A stretch of 62,508 nucleotides of DNA, counting the filler, from Sphacelaria rigidula (Eukaryota), in NCBI GenBank assembly GCA_964200075.2. It is 8 parts of 8 records of this genome, joined end to end, with 100 filler letters (N's around TTAATTAATTAA, not from the genome) between each part and the next. Parts side by side here need not be neighbours in the genome. Positions count along the whole stretch, not along the records: positions 7,829 to 15,555 come from CAXNAA020013656.1; positions 15,656 to 23,382 come from CAXNAA020013657.1; positions 23,483 to 31,209 come from CAXNAA020013658.1; 5 more parts are not named here. One strand, given 5' to 3'. A model generated the notes under the pieces. It was given only the letters and a program-made list of their open reading frames with translations, was not told the origin of the DNA and did not search any database. Positions 13,133-24,684 of this stretch are shown piece by piece. How positions within the stretch are numbered: the stretch's first letter is position 1; each line of letters begins with the position of its first letter. Made by a program: the position numbers and the translations under genes.

Positions 13133-15655
13133 GTGTTCCCTCGAGCGGTTCAGTGTATTTTTTGAAAGTACAGCGTTACTCTGCTGTACTGTACCGTGCC
13201 GTATCACTCGCTGCCCCTCTACTTGCATGGTGTGATCAAGTGGTTTTATCTCTATCTCTATCTCTGTGTCTGTGTCCGTGTCTGTGGCTGTGCTCGATAT
13301 CATCGAGGGCGTACTCGGATATGTAGGTAGTGCTGGCTGGATTTTGAGTGGGGCATCTTTGTTGGGTACCGTTTCGTGCGTACTCTAATCTTGGTACTGG
13401 TATAAAGGAGAAGTTCAACTGTTCACCGTTACATCTTTCCCGCAATTTTTGGCGTGTACAAAGTGGTGCAATCCACTCGCACACTGCAAAAACCTGTTCG
13501 GGGTTTGCAAAGTGATTGCGATTGATTGCGAAGTTCAAATAGGGCAGCCTACTGTTCTTGTTTTTCTACCTTACCGATGTGACATATTCCTACCCCAAAC
13601 GTCAGGAGAGCGTCCGCCCCGTACTGTTGTCCGTCTGTTGCATGGTGTGCTGCAGAATGGAGTACAGTCAGCAACTTGTTCTGTACAGTAGTTCAAATTG
13701 CACTGAATTGCACCGACTGTGCTGATACATCGAAATTTCATGTAATCTCTCTGTTTCGTTTCGAACTCTGGAGTCTTGCTTCGGTACGTGTGATGGCCTC
13801 CTTTACTGTGTGTTGCACGATAAGAGTTAACCCGTAGACTGCAAACCCCCCTCAGACGGACTTAGATGGACTACTCAGACATTTGGGATCCAGAACAGCT
13901 GTTTTCTCGCTACGAGTACACAAAACACCTTTTTTCATGAACATATGGATGTTGGGCAGTGTTGAATATCGAACGAAAAAAAATATCGATACCGTGAGTA
14001 CCAGGGTAGTCCACAAGTCTCCCACGTGTCTACAACCGCTACAGGATCATATCTCCCTCGGCATAGTTCCCCAGAACATCTTATGGATCCCTCCGCTCCG
14101 TTCCAGGAATGTTCATGTCTCTGGCATAGTTAGAGAAACGTTCCCCCTGGAACACTAGTCGGTCCCCTCGGGTTATTGTCTATCCTGTCCCCGGAGTAAT
14201 AGTCGTACTCCAACTCGACACATCTCATCTCGACCCTGGAGTCTCCCTCCACACAAGAACGAACTATCTAGGCACGTCCCACGGCCAAGTCCGTGGCTCC
14301 CGAGACTGCCACTCCCGCACCTACGGGTAGTAAGTAGCCTTAATACGATATTTTCAAAGTACAATCTTGCGCGAAAATAAAAATAAAAATTACTTCGGAA
14401 CAGAAAATATAGCTCTTTCCATCCCGTCGCGCACTGCTGCAACGCCGAACCCCAGCTCTAGATGCATAGACTTGTTGATTGAGGTCTACGTGAGATGTTA
14501 GCGAAGTTTCAGCGCATAGTAGTGACGAAAGCGCGCGCACGACTGTGCCTCCTGATCTGAGCATCTCTATAGTCAATACCGGAATGGCTTTTCTACAGAT
14601 TGTCATCATCAACAGGCGGCGCCAGAACTGATCTATGTTTGTTTGCGAGCACTGCAGTCTCCCAGGTGGTCATGACGCGGAAGTGAGTGTGCTACCATGT
14701 CCGCATATGCATTCACTCACGGTGCACAGAATCTCGGCCGCGAGATGACCGTCTTGAGGGCATACAGACGGTATGGCCCAAAATCGGAATTCGCCTTGTT
14801 TCATTTGCTCGGGGGATGAAAGGGGCTGTGCTTCGGTACATACACTGGCTGTGGTGTGCCCGACTGGTGCACTGAGTTTCAAGTTGGTGCCTGCAGCGGC
14901 AGTCGAAAATGAAGTGCAAAAGTCGAAAATGGTACCGGTCAACCATCGGAAGATACACCAGCCGCAGTTACGCCGCATCGTCCTCGTAATCCTCGTGAAC
15001 CGCTGCGCCCCTGCGGCAGCACGGGAGAGATGGGGACAAGTGCACAACCGTCCTTCCCAGCACTGTGGGTTTGGCTTCGCCACATCGCCTCGCCAAACGA
15101 TATGCCTTCAATCATGTTGGCATCAACAGGGCATCTGGTGTTGTGTTCCCAGTGCACGCCGTATTGGAATGCAGGCGACAGAATGCTGTACACGAGTGAA
15201 CTGCAGAGCACGGTACAGACAGTAGCTTCGTACAACAGTAGTCACACATGAGAAAAAGGGGTGCAAGCACATGAAACATTTTCATACTGTAATTTTTTGT
15301 GAAGTTTTCAGTTTCGAAGGCGGCGCAATTGGCTGTACAAGGCATGCGTGCACTAAAAGTGTGTCGTGTTACTTGCTCGTCCAAGCAAATGACCTAATTC
15401 TTATTCACGTAGACTGAATACATCATGCACCAGCCGGCACACGTCCTTTTGGCCTGGTGCCCTGAGCGTGGTCGCCGCCTATCGGCGTTGCATTGTGCAC
15501 GAGACGCACCAATGAAGAGCAACACTATTCAGACCACCCCACGCGGGATATCATCNNNNNNNNNNNNNNNNNNNNNNNNNNNNNNNNNNNNNNNNNNNNT
15601 TAATTAATTAANNNNNNNNNNNNNNNNNNNNNNNNNNNNNNNNNNNNNNNNNNNN

Positions 15656-16100
15656 GCCACCATCCATCTCCTAGTATAGCCATCGTTTTTTCCCTACTGT
15701 CTAATGCATCAAACAAATCCATGCCACCCTTGTTCACCTCCCGCATTTCCCCCTCTAGCAACGTCCCGTTCCTCCTTGTATAGTTCACACTCTGCCACAA
15801 CATGACTTCTGCTCTCTATTGCCTCGCCACAGAGGCAGTTCTGTCCATCTACTTCGTCGTCCTTTCCAAGACTGGTATATCTCTTTCTTCTTTCTGGCAG
15901 GTCTAGGTCGCCCACCCGAAATCGTAATTTCATATTTGTGGCAGCGTCCATGGGGCCATGCAAATATGCTCTCACCCCTATCCCCTCTCTCAACCACCCG
16001 TATATCTCCAGGTGTTCTTCCTCGTCTACTTTGTGTCTGAGCGCTCCTTTTCCCCTTATTTCTAGCATGTCTCTTATTTTTGCCTTGTACCCCGCGTCTT
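15656..16100 (-). mobile_element. Non-LTR retrotransposon ORF2 C-terminal fragment (family B), frameshifted, cut by the segment end
   Basis: EEHLEIYG..LREGIG..YLHGPMD..KLRFRVGDLDLPERRKRY..CLCGEAIESRSHVVAEC (CxC..H....C knuckle typical of LINE C-termini), then MAILGDGWW, which continues as DRWWPQTAKQ in the copy at 50901-51103. Confidence 0.75.
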
Positions 16101-18489
16101 TGGGAGGGGGAGGGGTTGGAAGTACGACGCAACAAGGAACTGTGGCAGTGGTAATCTAGCGCACACCGCGTGTAGTGCACAACGTGGTACGTACACATCG
16201 AAAAATGTGCTTTGGCTCCGCGGCCACAGTGACAGCAATTTCTCATACACGAACTTCTATACATTAGCGTTGGATTTCTTATCCACATACTCCTACACAA
16301 TGGCCTACACACCCTGGGTGTTGTGCAAATAGGTGCGTTGTGTCACAGAAATTTTGGCCCTAAACCAATGTCCCTATGTGCTAGCCTGAGTCCCATCCTT
16401 GTGTAAGAGTCAACGCCAAGGCTATCCACGTTGAATCGACATCACTCTCACATAATAGATAGATGCCAGACATAGTTGTCAATCTCTGGGCGTTCAGCAA
16501 AGTTTTTATTTCAGGTTCATCACCACTACCTGCGATCACAGGAAACGCCTCCATATTTCGTGGTGATGTAGTCTAATATATGACTTGCGTGATTTCACTT
16601 GTATTTTCACTATCTCGAGCAGCGATTTCCGAGTCATTCAGAACTGGTCTCGTCTTGGAAGCATATGCACGAAATTGGCGTAATCTCTTCACAACGCAGC
16701 ATATTCACCACAACATACAGGCTGGTGTGACAAAAGGTGTGCCCGGAGCACACAGCGCGACCTCGAGCTAAAAGTAACACAAGCAGTGTCCCTGCAAGCG
16801 CACAAGTACCCCGGAGTGCGCCTCACACTCCACGTCGTCATTCACGTATCATTAGACCGCTTCCAGCTACTATTATCAAATTTGACGGTTTCGCCCTCAA
16901 AACTTGAGCAACAACAGATAGCTGATTCTGTCGCATTCTTCGACGCTGCCATTAGAGTGTGTACCAGCAGCGCATCGGGTATACGGAGGCAGTGAATTGT
17001 GATGTTCCTGAAAAACAAAGGAGGAGGAAAAATCACACCATATTTTCGATCTGCAAGTATATAGGGTCAAAACTATGCCCATTCTCCGAAACCATCGAAG
17101 GTGAACTCGTAGCTGGAGGACGGATGTTTTTGTGGATTTTATTTCAGTCATAAGCCTCTCCCCATAGGATAGAAATGACTATAGCCTTCAGATTGTCGAT
17201 TCGCACATCTCCTCGAGAATTTGAGGCCCTATCTCGACAACGTCGAGAAATGAAACACTGGACAGTTCGTGATCTCAAGACCGATCTTTCGTATAAAGCC
17301 TTGTGGGCATGCAACAGAGAGACGTCACACCGGTATACAGTAGCTCACACTTGCCCTCGACGGTGTCTCAAGTTGTGTTGTTATGTTGGCCGCACCATAC
17401 TGTACCATATATTTCCTGTCTGTATGACGATATCGTAGCTGTACTGTTTGTTCTTACATCATCACATTGGATTGCATTTGCGCATATCAGAACCCCCGTT
17501 CAAACGACATGGCAAATGCTAGGAGACACAACTTCACGACCCAACACACGGATCACGTTCTCGTGGAGACACATGTCGTCATTGCGGAGTTATTTGGCGT
17601 TAAAATAAAAGCACAGACAGCAAAGTCTTCCGCTACACATTTGTCTCGAATTTTATCGTCGATTGGCCACGCGTGTCGCGAGATATCGGCAAGGCGATGC
17701 AGACTCGCAAACTGCTCACCACGGTGGATGCCATTTTCTTTTTCTGAATGAAACCTGGAACAAGCTTTGTATCCATGGCACGTTTCCAATACTGATATAA
17801 GATACAGCTTAGTGTATCAAGCACTCCCCCAAAAAGTGCCAAACGCACTTGTTTAAGCTTTTCGCTTGCATATAGAATCGAGAGACGTCGCAACTTCTCG
17901 GAGGGCTGTTCAAAGTATAGGGCACGCACGAGTGTGTGCCAGTTGCAGATTAGGGAATGTGTGTGTCGTTCGTGTTGAATCGATTGTGCTCAAATCGGCG
18001 TCTGGGCGCCGATACGGGTTGCGGCACCGCTCGTGGTGCGTCGTGGTACAAGGGTGCCCCTCGCCTTGCAGGTGAGCGGTTTGATGTAAATGAAGTAAAA
18101 ACCATATGAATCGGACATGGTACCTCTACTTCATTTACTGCCGGTCAAGGTGATGGAGTGATGGACTCTACCCCAAGGGTATTTATTGCTTTGAGAAATG
18201 GCTCACCGAAGGATCCTGCAGCTTCCAGAGCTTGGCCACACCTACCGCCGCCGCTAGGCTGTCAAAGTCCGCCATCATATGCGTTAAAACAACGTTGTAC
18301 GGCTGTCCGCGGCGCGAGAAGGCCCACCCCAGCCGCTCCGAGGAATGCTAACGACATGTGAGAGCATGCGAAAACACGGGTATAGCCAGAGGGAAGATCA
18401 AGCTCGAGGCTTGAAGCGTAAATGGATCGTAAGTGGAGGATCTGAGCTTTGCGGGATCTGAGTTTTACAGATCGGGACGAACCATCGCC

Positions 18490-19570
18490 ACATGCAGCTG
18501 TTAGCGACCGGACTACGGTGAAGTACGAATCGGATTTTGCGTAGTCGGTTGAACATGGTTGTCTAGTCGCCGGAGGAAACGAGGCAGCAGTCCCCATCAA
18601 CTAGATAAAACTTACAGCACAGTACACTATCATTGAGCGTTTTTAGTCAAGCAGCACCTTTAGCGTTTTTGCTTAGATCCAGCGATTGGAGATGACGCAC
18701 TGGCTCGATAATTAGCAAAAAATGTAGCATGTCTACTTTTTTCCAGGCGTAACACGTTGCCCACGGCAAGTGATAGCTTATCGGCGATACAATATTTTCG
18801 CAAACTGATGGGAATTGAGCTACCATTAACACACTGCTATTTGCGGGCAGTGAGGGCTACTTTAAGGAGGGAGAGCAAGAAGGGGCGTGCATTCGATGCC
18901 CTCTAACTTGCGGCATGTTGAAGACAGGGACACAGCTTGACCATCTCATGGGACGATGGAGGTAATGTGCTCTGGCTGTCTTCGTGCATTCCATATTTCG
19001 CTATGTCGGGCATCAGAACTAGTTGCATACAGTAATTGCAAGATCCACAAGGACTTCGGTTTTATACGGGGGGGGGGTGTTGTGTTCAAGAAAGGTGGCG
19101 TGCAGCTGCACAAGCACCCAGGACGGCAAGCAGCCGACCGCGTAGAATTGCGCCTCAAGGCACACAAGGGGGACCAAAAAGGCTGGGGAGTGTTCTTTCT
19201 AGGGATTGTTTTCTACCACAATCCCACAAGTAATCTTCAGATATTGAGCAAGCTTTGGCACACGGGGTGGCGGGCTAGGAGTAACGCGCGCCTTAATGTC
19301 GGTATACCCAGACTTACACGCCAGTGCCCCGCTGGCGACATACACATCATAGTCAACGTGGTGAGCATGCACGCGTGAGCAGGCAACAAGAGCAATACGC
19401 CTTGGAATACGCGCTCCATTCTGGACGCATAGGTGGTGCCACACGCCTCGCGGCGGCCGGCATCATATTAGCAGTATTTCAGCGAGAATGTCGTTGATGT
19501 AGTAATGCTTTCATGGAATACGTTAGGGCTAATTTGGAGGACTCAGGGACCGAATCTCGGATGCTCACAG
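18490..19570 (+). pseudogene. Degenerate tyrosine recombinase of a DIRS/Ngaro-like (or Crypton-like) element
   Basis: Catalytic motifs in order: LCRASEL (R, about 19007), KAHKGDQ (K), EYALHSGRIGGATRLAAAG (HxxR, 19405-19461), QRECR*CSNAFMEYVRAN (W mutated to TGA; Y at 19519). Frameshifts and stops throughout. Confidence 0.85.
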
Positions 19571-19982
19571 GTGATGCAGTAGCGGGCGGCATTCAATCTG
19601 GAAAGGAAACCCAGTGAGGCAATGGCAGGTATCGGTCCTTAATGAGGGGAAATGAAAACAGTAGATATCAGGAAGCAGAACACTGCAACAGGGGGAAACC
19701 TAGAGAATAAAGAGAAGTGATGAATGATGAAGTAAAGTCGAAAAGGTATTACTATATGAGTAGTCGACCTTGAGAGTAAATAGCGTTTTTCGTTTCCTTG
19801 CGTATGGTGTGCACTTGGCACCGGATGAAGAAATGCTAGGCGAGGTGGAAAGGTACATACCTTGTCCATCTCTAGTGCATGTGTGCTTGCATTCTCGCTT
19901 GGTTTTGTATATCTACCTGCCGAGGAAATTGAATAAAGCATTCCAGATTCACGACAGGAGCAAAGCACTTCTGTCGAACACC

Positions 19983-20088
19983 TTCACCCTCAGATCGCGA
20001 GGGTGGTCCATCTGAACCATGCATATTTTTTTCTAGAGAAATTAATGCCGATTCAACAGATGACCTAACTTCGCTGTGTAAGGGTTAA
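19983..20088. mobile_element. piggyBac-like mini-element of about 105 bp
   Basis: TTCA-CCCTCAGATCGCGAGGGTGGTCCATCTG..TAAGGG-TTAA. Confidence 0.6.
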
Positions 20089-20310
20089 CTCATACGAATG
20101 ATCTACAAATGATATCGTGCACACGCGTGGGTACGCACACCAGGAGCGAGGAAGGAGTAGAGTCGGACAGAGCAGGAGAGTTCCACCTCCCTGTGAAAAA
20201 AGACGAGCACCGGGCTAGCAATAGCCAGAGAGTCCAAAACGCGATAAAAATGCATCAGATGCCCAGTACGAATGTACCGCGCAGATATCGGAACGGTTTT
20301 TAATGTGAAG

Positions 20311-20386
<76 letters not shown>
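20311..20386 (+). repeat. (ACA)n microsatellite, about 25 units, possibly a retroposon tail
   Basis: Perfect trinucleotide run starting abruptly after TTTTAATGTGAAG. Confidence 0.85.
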
Positions 20387-20693
20387 CGGGTGTACAACAT
20401 AGCGATACAGGTGCGTTGAGGAGTTGTAGGTCTTGCAACCGTGATTCGTCGGAATCTACAGCGGTCATGGCGCCGCACCGAAGGAGGTATGGTCACGGGT
20501 TGGAACATTCCGGTTGGGATATTTCGGTAAGGGCCATGGTCCGGGAGCGCTGCCCTTGGCCGTACTCGTGTAACGGACGATGCTGAAGGTTCAACTGTCA
20601 ACTGTATCCAACTGCAACAAGCCAACAACTCACGGGACCCTCTCCTCCAATACAACACTGACAAAAATATCATGCTGCCCCAATGTAACTCAC

Positions 20694-21032
20694 ATCGTAC
20701 AGCCGCTGTTTATGACGAATGCCCGCCGTACCATCGTCCCCTCGATGAGCATTTGCACCCAAGGGCAGCTGACGTACAGGGGTCCAGTATCCATAGGGTA
20801 TCTCGGAATCCTCCGCAATTACGCTTTCACGACTACAGGTCGTCGCAGGTGGCGTGCCGGTGGCGGACGATGCGGAACTGAGCGTGCAGACCATTCGCCG
20901 TCTCACCGAAGACGCGGTGATCTTTCTACACCCATGACTACATGGTGGTGATGTTGCAAAGGTGAACGCTGCGGTTCCGGTGGTCAAGAGTGCCAGCACT
21001 GCTGCTAGTATTGCAACATGGGGCAAATCCAT
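20694..21032 (-). CDS. Putative first exon of a plastid-targeted protein (signal peptide + AF motif + transit peptide)
   Basis: MDLPHVAILAAVLALLTTGTAA-FTFATSPP followed by a Ser/Thr/Arg-rich stretch, typical of a heterokont bipartite leader; ends at GAT|gtgagt, a consensus donor. Confidence 0.55.
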
Positions 21033-23553
21033 CCTACTACTATAAGGTGTTCAGCTACAGTCCAGTTTAGTACAGTCCTGTACTGTTGCAGAGCAACAGC
21101 CAGTGCAGTACGGTAGAAAAATCCGCAGCGCTGGTGTGCTGGGTACACGTACCTTGCTGTTAATGGATGATTTCACCCTTTTTAGCTCCAGCTGTACTCT
21201 CAGCGGCACGCCATAGCAACAGTAGACGAGCTAGGTAAAGAAGGCGATGCCTTGGCCGTGAGTGCAACGCTGGCTTCTTGCTCTGTTCATGAAGATCAAA
21301 ACGCCTACGTATTTTCATGGATTATGACAGAGGTCTCGGGTGCGATCTTGGCTCCCATTTAGCATTGGTACCAACCCACAGCCGCCGCCATACCACTTCC
21401 TCACCTACTCCTATCGAAGGGGCACCTCCCACCTGTTCTGTACAGCGAGATACAAAGCTAGCGTTTTCCTTCCACGATTGAAAATAACGAATAAACGTAT
21501 ATTCAGACGAAACAATGGAAGGTACACTGCACATGGACAGCGGGTACGGATACTGAAACTTGTAACCACAAAACAATCTAGGCAAAACACCGGATCGTTG
21601 ACCCTATGGGCAAATAACCAGGCACTGCTAGGAAACTGTGAGTATGTATGAAAATTTACAATCACAGTCTGCGCTATTGTTGCCCTGTACCGTGTGATGT
21701 TGAATTTTCACTTTTGCGCGCGGCGCGTCTGCCGAAAAGCCTAGACTTGGCAAATGACTTTTGAGTAAGGATTTTGAAAGTCATCCATTTCCAGAGTGAG
21801 GACCATGCTACGTCCGGCGTCAAGATTTCTCCACGATTTCAAACAGACACGATTCATCTACATGCCAGAGTCTCCATGAAATCGTTTTCCATTGAGTTCA
21901 TTGAGTCCACCGTATCTTATTTCTCGTGGGGTGGCCAAACAACATGGGCATCATCACAGATCATGTCATATCGTCCCGATACACGTGGAGAATGACTTGT
22001 TTCAGATCGACGTGTGTCGACATCGGTAACTGGAATCTGTGGGGAAATAAGAACAAGACTTGCCGTCTCGCCTGCTGCTATCCCGCGCTAGAATTTGAGC
22101 CGTGGCGGCGAGAGGGTGCCGCTCGTCTACGCCAACGCAGCTGGTCTGTCCCCACGCTGGAAAGATCGACCCGAGGTATAAATACCGTATCTCTTACGGC
22201 AACTTTCGTAAGACGCCGGATGCTGATCAAAATAACAGTAGTTGCACCGTACCATTCGTGCCGCTTGTCTCTGGGTCTACATTTTTCCTTAATCGCAAGT
22301 GTCGAAATTTCCAGCTGGACCTCACGAGGGAAGCCATGACAGTCGAAATGTTATGGGGATGGGATGGAGATGATGTATTTTTACCGCAGGACGCCTGCAT
22401 TGTTATGGCACGGTGAATTCGTGCTCGGTCGGGCTTGCCACGTAAAGTAGATCGTCCGCTTTCTTTGCCGCAACTTCAATTGAAGTTTAAGTACAGCGCG
22501 GCATCTAGAAATCTTTGAAGTAGCGCCACGTATGACAAGACAAAGGCGAACTCGTGTTCCGCCTGCGATCACCTTGATTTGGTCCGTACAAGAGTTACGG
22601 CTGACCTTGGTGCATCCATGTTGCGACGATGCTCCTGAGCGAGTCAGTTCAAAACTACGTCTAGAAATGTCGCCGACCTGGATTTTACAGTGTGAACGGC
22701 CGCAGCAGGTTTGAATTCTGATTTCCAGGTAAATCGCCAGTTTCAAACAACGAGCACGGTCACTACAACACTCTTGACAAGGCAGTAGGCGGTGGATTGG
22801 TGTGCACAACTCTCCCTCGCGGTATAGCAACGAGGGGAGGGTAAGGCGCCTGCGTGTCTGATCGCTGGATTGGGGACTATATAGCCCGCACACTCTAGCT
22901 ATACTGCCGTTGGTATCGCTCTGATGGTGTTCCTTGCTTTTTGCGGGTGCCACCACGGTGAACCTGCTTCTCGAGTTTCCTCCGCCGGAGGGGGTTCTGT
23001 ACCTCAGTCCAGATGCGAGCACTTAAGTAACTTGCTACGGCTACTCGTTCTCTGGATATGCATCGAAGTGAACTGATGAGAAGTAGAAAATGGCAGGATC
23101 GAGCTATTTTTCCTGTCACCTGACGGCATGGGTTACACACTGTAGTGCACTACCGGTGGCGGGCTAGAATCTACCCATGCGCTCGTGTAGCTGCAATACG
23201 TGTGTGTGTCCCCAACTTTTCCGACGGCGTCATCAGATTACGCAATTCTGTGACACAGTACAGTAGTACTCGTACTCCGCTGCAGTGTACTCTCTGTGCC
23301 GCGGTATATTTATTCCACAGGCACCGTAGGTAAGGTACCGTACCGAGCGTACCACCGGTATTTACCGGGGTATCCCATACCGNNNNNNNNNNNNNNNNNN
23401 NNNNNNNNNNNNNNNNNNNNNNNNNNTTAATTAATTAANNNNNNNNNNNNNNNNNNNNNNNNNNNNNNNNNNNNNNNNNNNNTTTCGTGCAAGACAGATA
23501 TGCCACTTCAGCCCCATATTTTGTATGAACCCCAAAATATAAAATCGGCTGTT

Positions 23554-24201
23554 AATTGGGGATGGATTTTTTTATTGAGGATGAGAAACCCGGAGAGTTA
23601 AAATCTTCCTATCCACACTAAATGTTCGAAACATGGTTCCATATCTTCACCTACTGATACGCATTGACAACTTCTACAAGCCATAGAAATTTGGATATCG
23701 ATAACCGAAACGTTGGAGGCCTGGGTGAAAAACCAATTTTGGGGAATTCCGGGTGTCCGAACGGACGCCAAATTGGTTCCGAAATTTGTTTTCGACCTAG
23801 GGCCTCATCATTTTGATGGTTGAAATCCAAATCTCTTTCGTGTGTAGCAGTTGTCAAAAGCTGTCAGTAGGTGAAGAAATGGAACCATATTTCGAAGATT
23901 TGGTGTGGATACGAAGTTTCGAATTCTCCGGGTTTCTCATCCCCCCCAAAAAGATCCATCCCCAATTCGTAAGATCCCGTGTTGGAAGCTGTTGTCTGAG
24001 CAAGTTTTAGCAGCTTCCAAGCTGGCCCAGCTCGTGTCGAGATCCAGATTTGTACGGTGTGTAGTTGTCATCGATAGCTACACCAGCGAGTGACGAAATG
24101 GAATCTTCTTTCGAAGATTTGGGGTGGATACGAAGATTTTAATTCTCCGGGTTCTCATCCTCAATAAAAAAATCCATCCCCAATTTGTGAAATCCCGTGT
24201 T
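23554..24201. mobile_element. Foldback-type MITE (23554-23983) plus an extra right arm (about 24040-24201)
   Basis: Long imperfect inverted arms (AATTGGGGATGGAT..ATCCATCCCCAATT); same family as 39918-40360. Confidence 0.78.
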
Positions 24202-24422
24202 TTACGTGATTCAGCACATTCATCACACTTGTACCGGATGATGACGCGCGTGCGGGTAATTTAAAAGGTCTAAATTAAGCCCCGAACAAACCGAGTCTTA
24301 TGGCACACCCCCACGAATGATCCATGTCGTTTCCGGCAATCAGTTCAAAATAATCCATTCAATTGACAAATATCTCTATTCAATTCTACACTTGAAATTG
24401 AATTTTCACACAACGATGTTTC

Positions 24423-24684
24423 CGTGAGATTGAGAGTAGAGCGCTGATTAAGAGTAGCTTTGATCATTCGCTTCAACTCAGCCATTGTTTCATCGCGTGT
24501 TTGCTCTTCTTTGCCTCCATCACTGGCGTGTGCGTACAGCTACACGTCGATATTCTACTCATCATGGAAACCAAGCGCCTCAATGGCGAGGTATTACAGA
24601 AATCAGATCGCGCCTCGTGGAGGTACATTTCGGAACTGAAACGATTCACTCACTAATTGACCCCTTTTCACTCTCAATCTCACG
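24423..24684. mobile_element. MITE of about 262 bp (same family as 3806-4080)
   Basis: Perfect 15-bp TIR CGTGAGATTGAGAGT / ACTCTCAATCTCACG. Confidence 0.8.

Noticed and set aside
16500..17930. Possible decayed transposase (SLDRFQLLLSNL resembles a piggyBac motif)
   Set aside because: Only one weak motif; no catalytic residues or termini found.
20215..20673. Poly-Cys/Val/Thr ORFs
   Set aside because: Translations of the (ACA)n microsatellite.
22381..23022. 213-aa minus-strand ORF
   Set aside because: No recognisable domain, non-ATG start and no clear splice signals.
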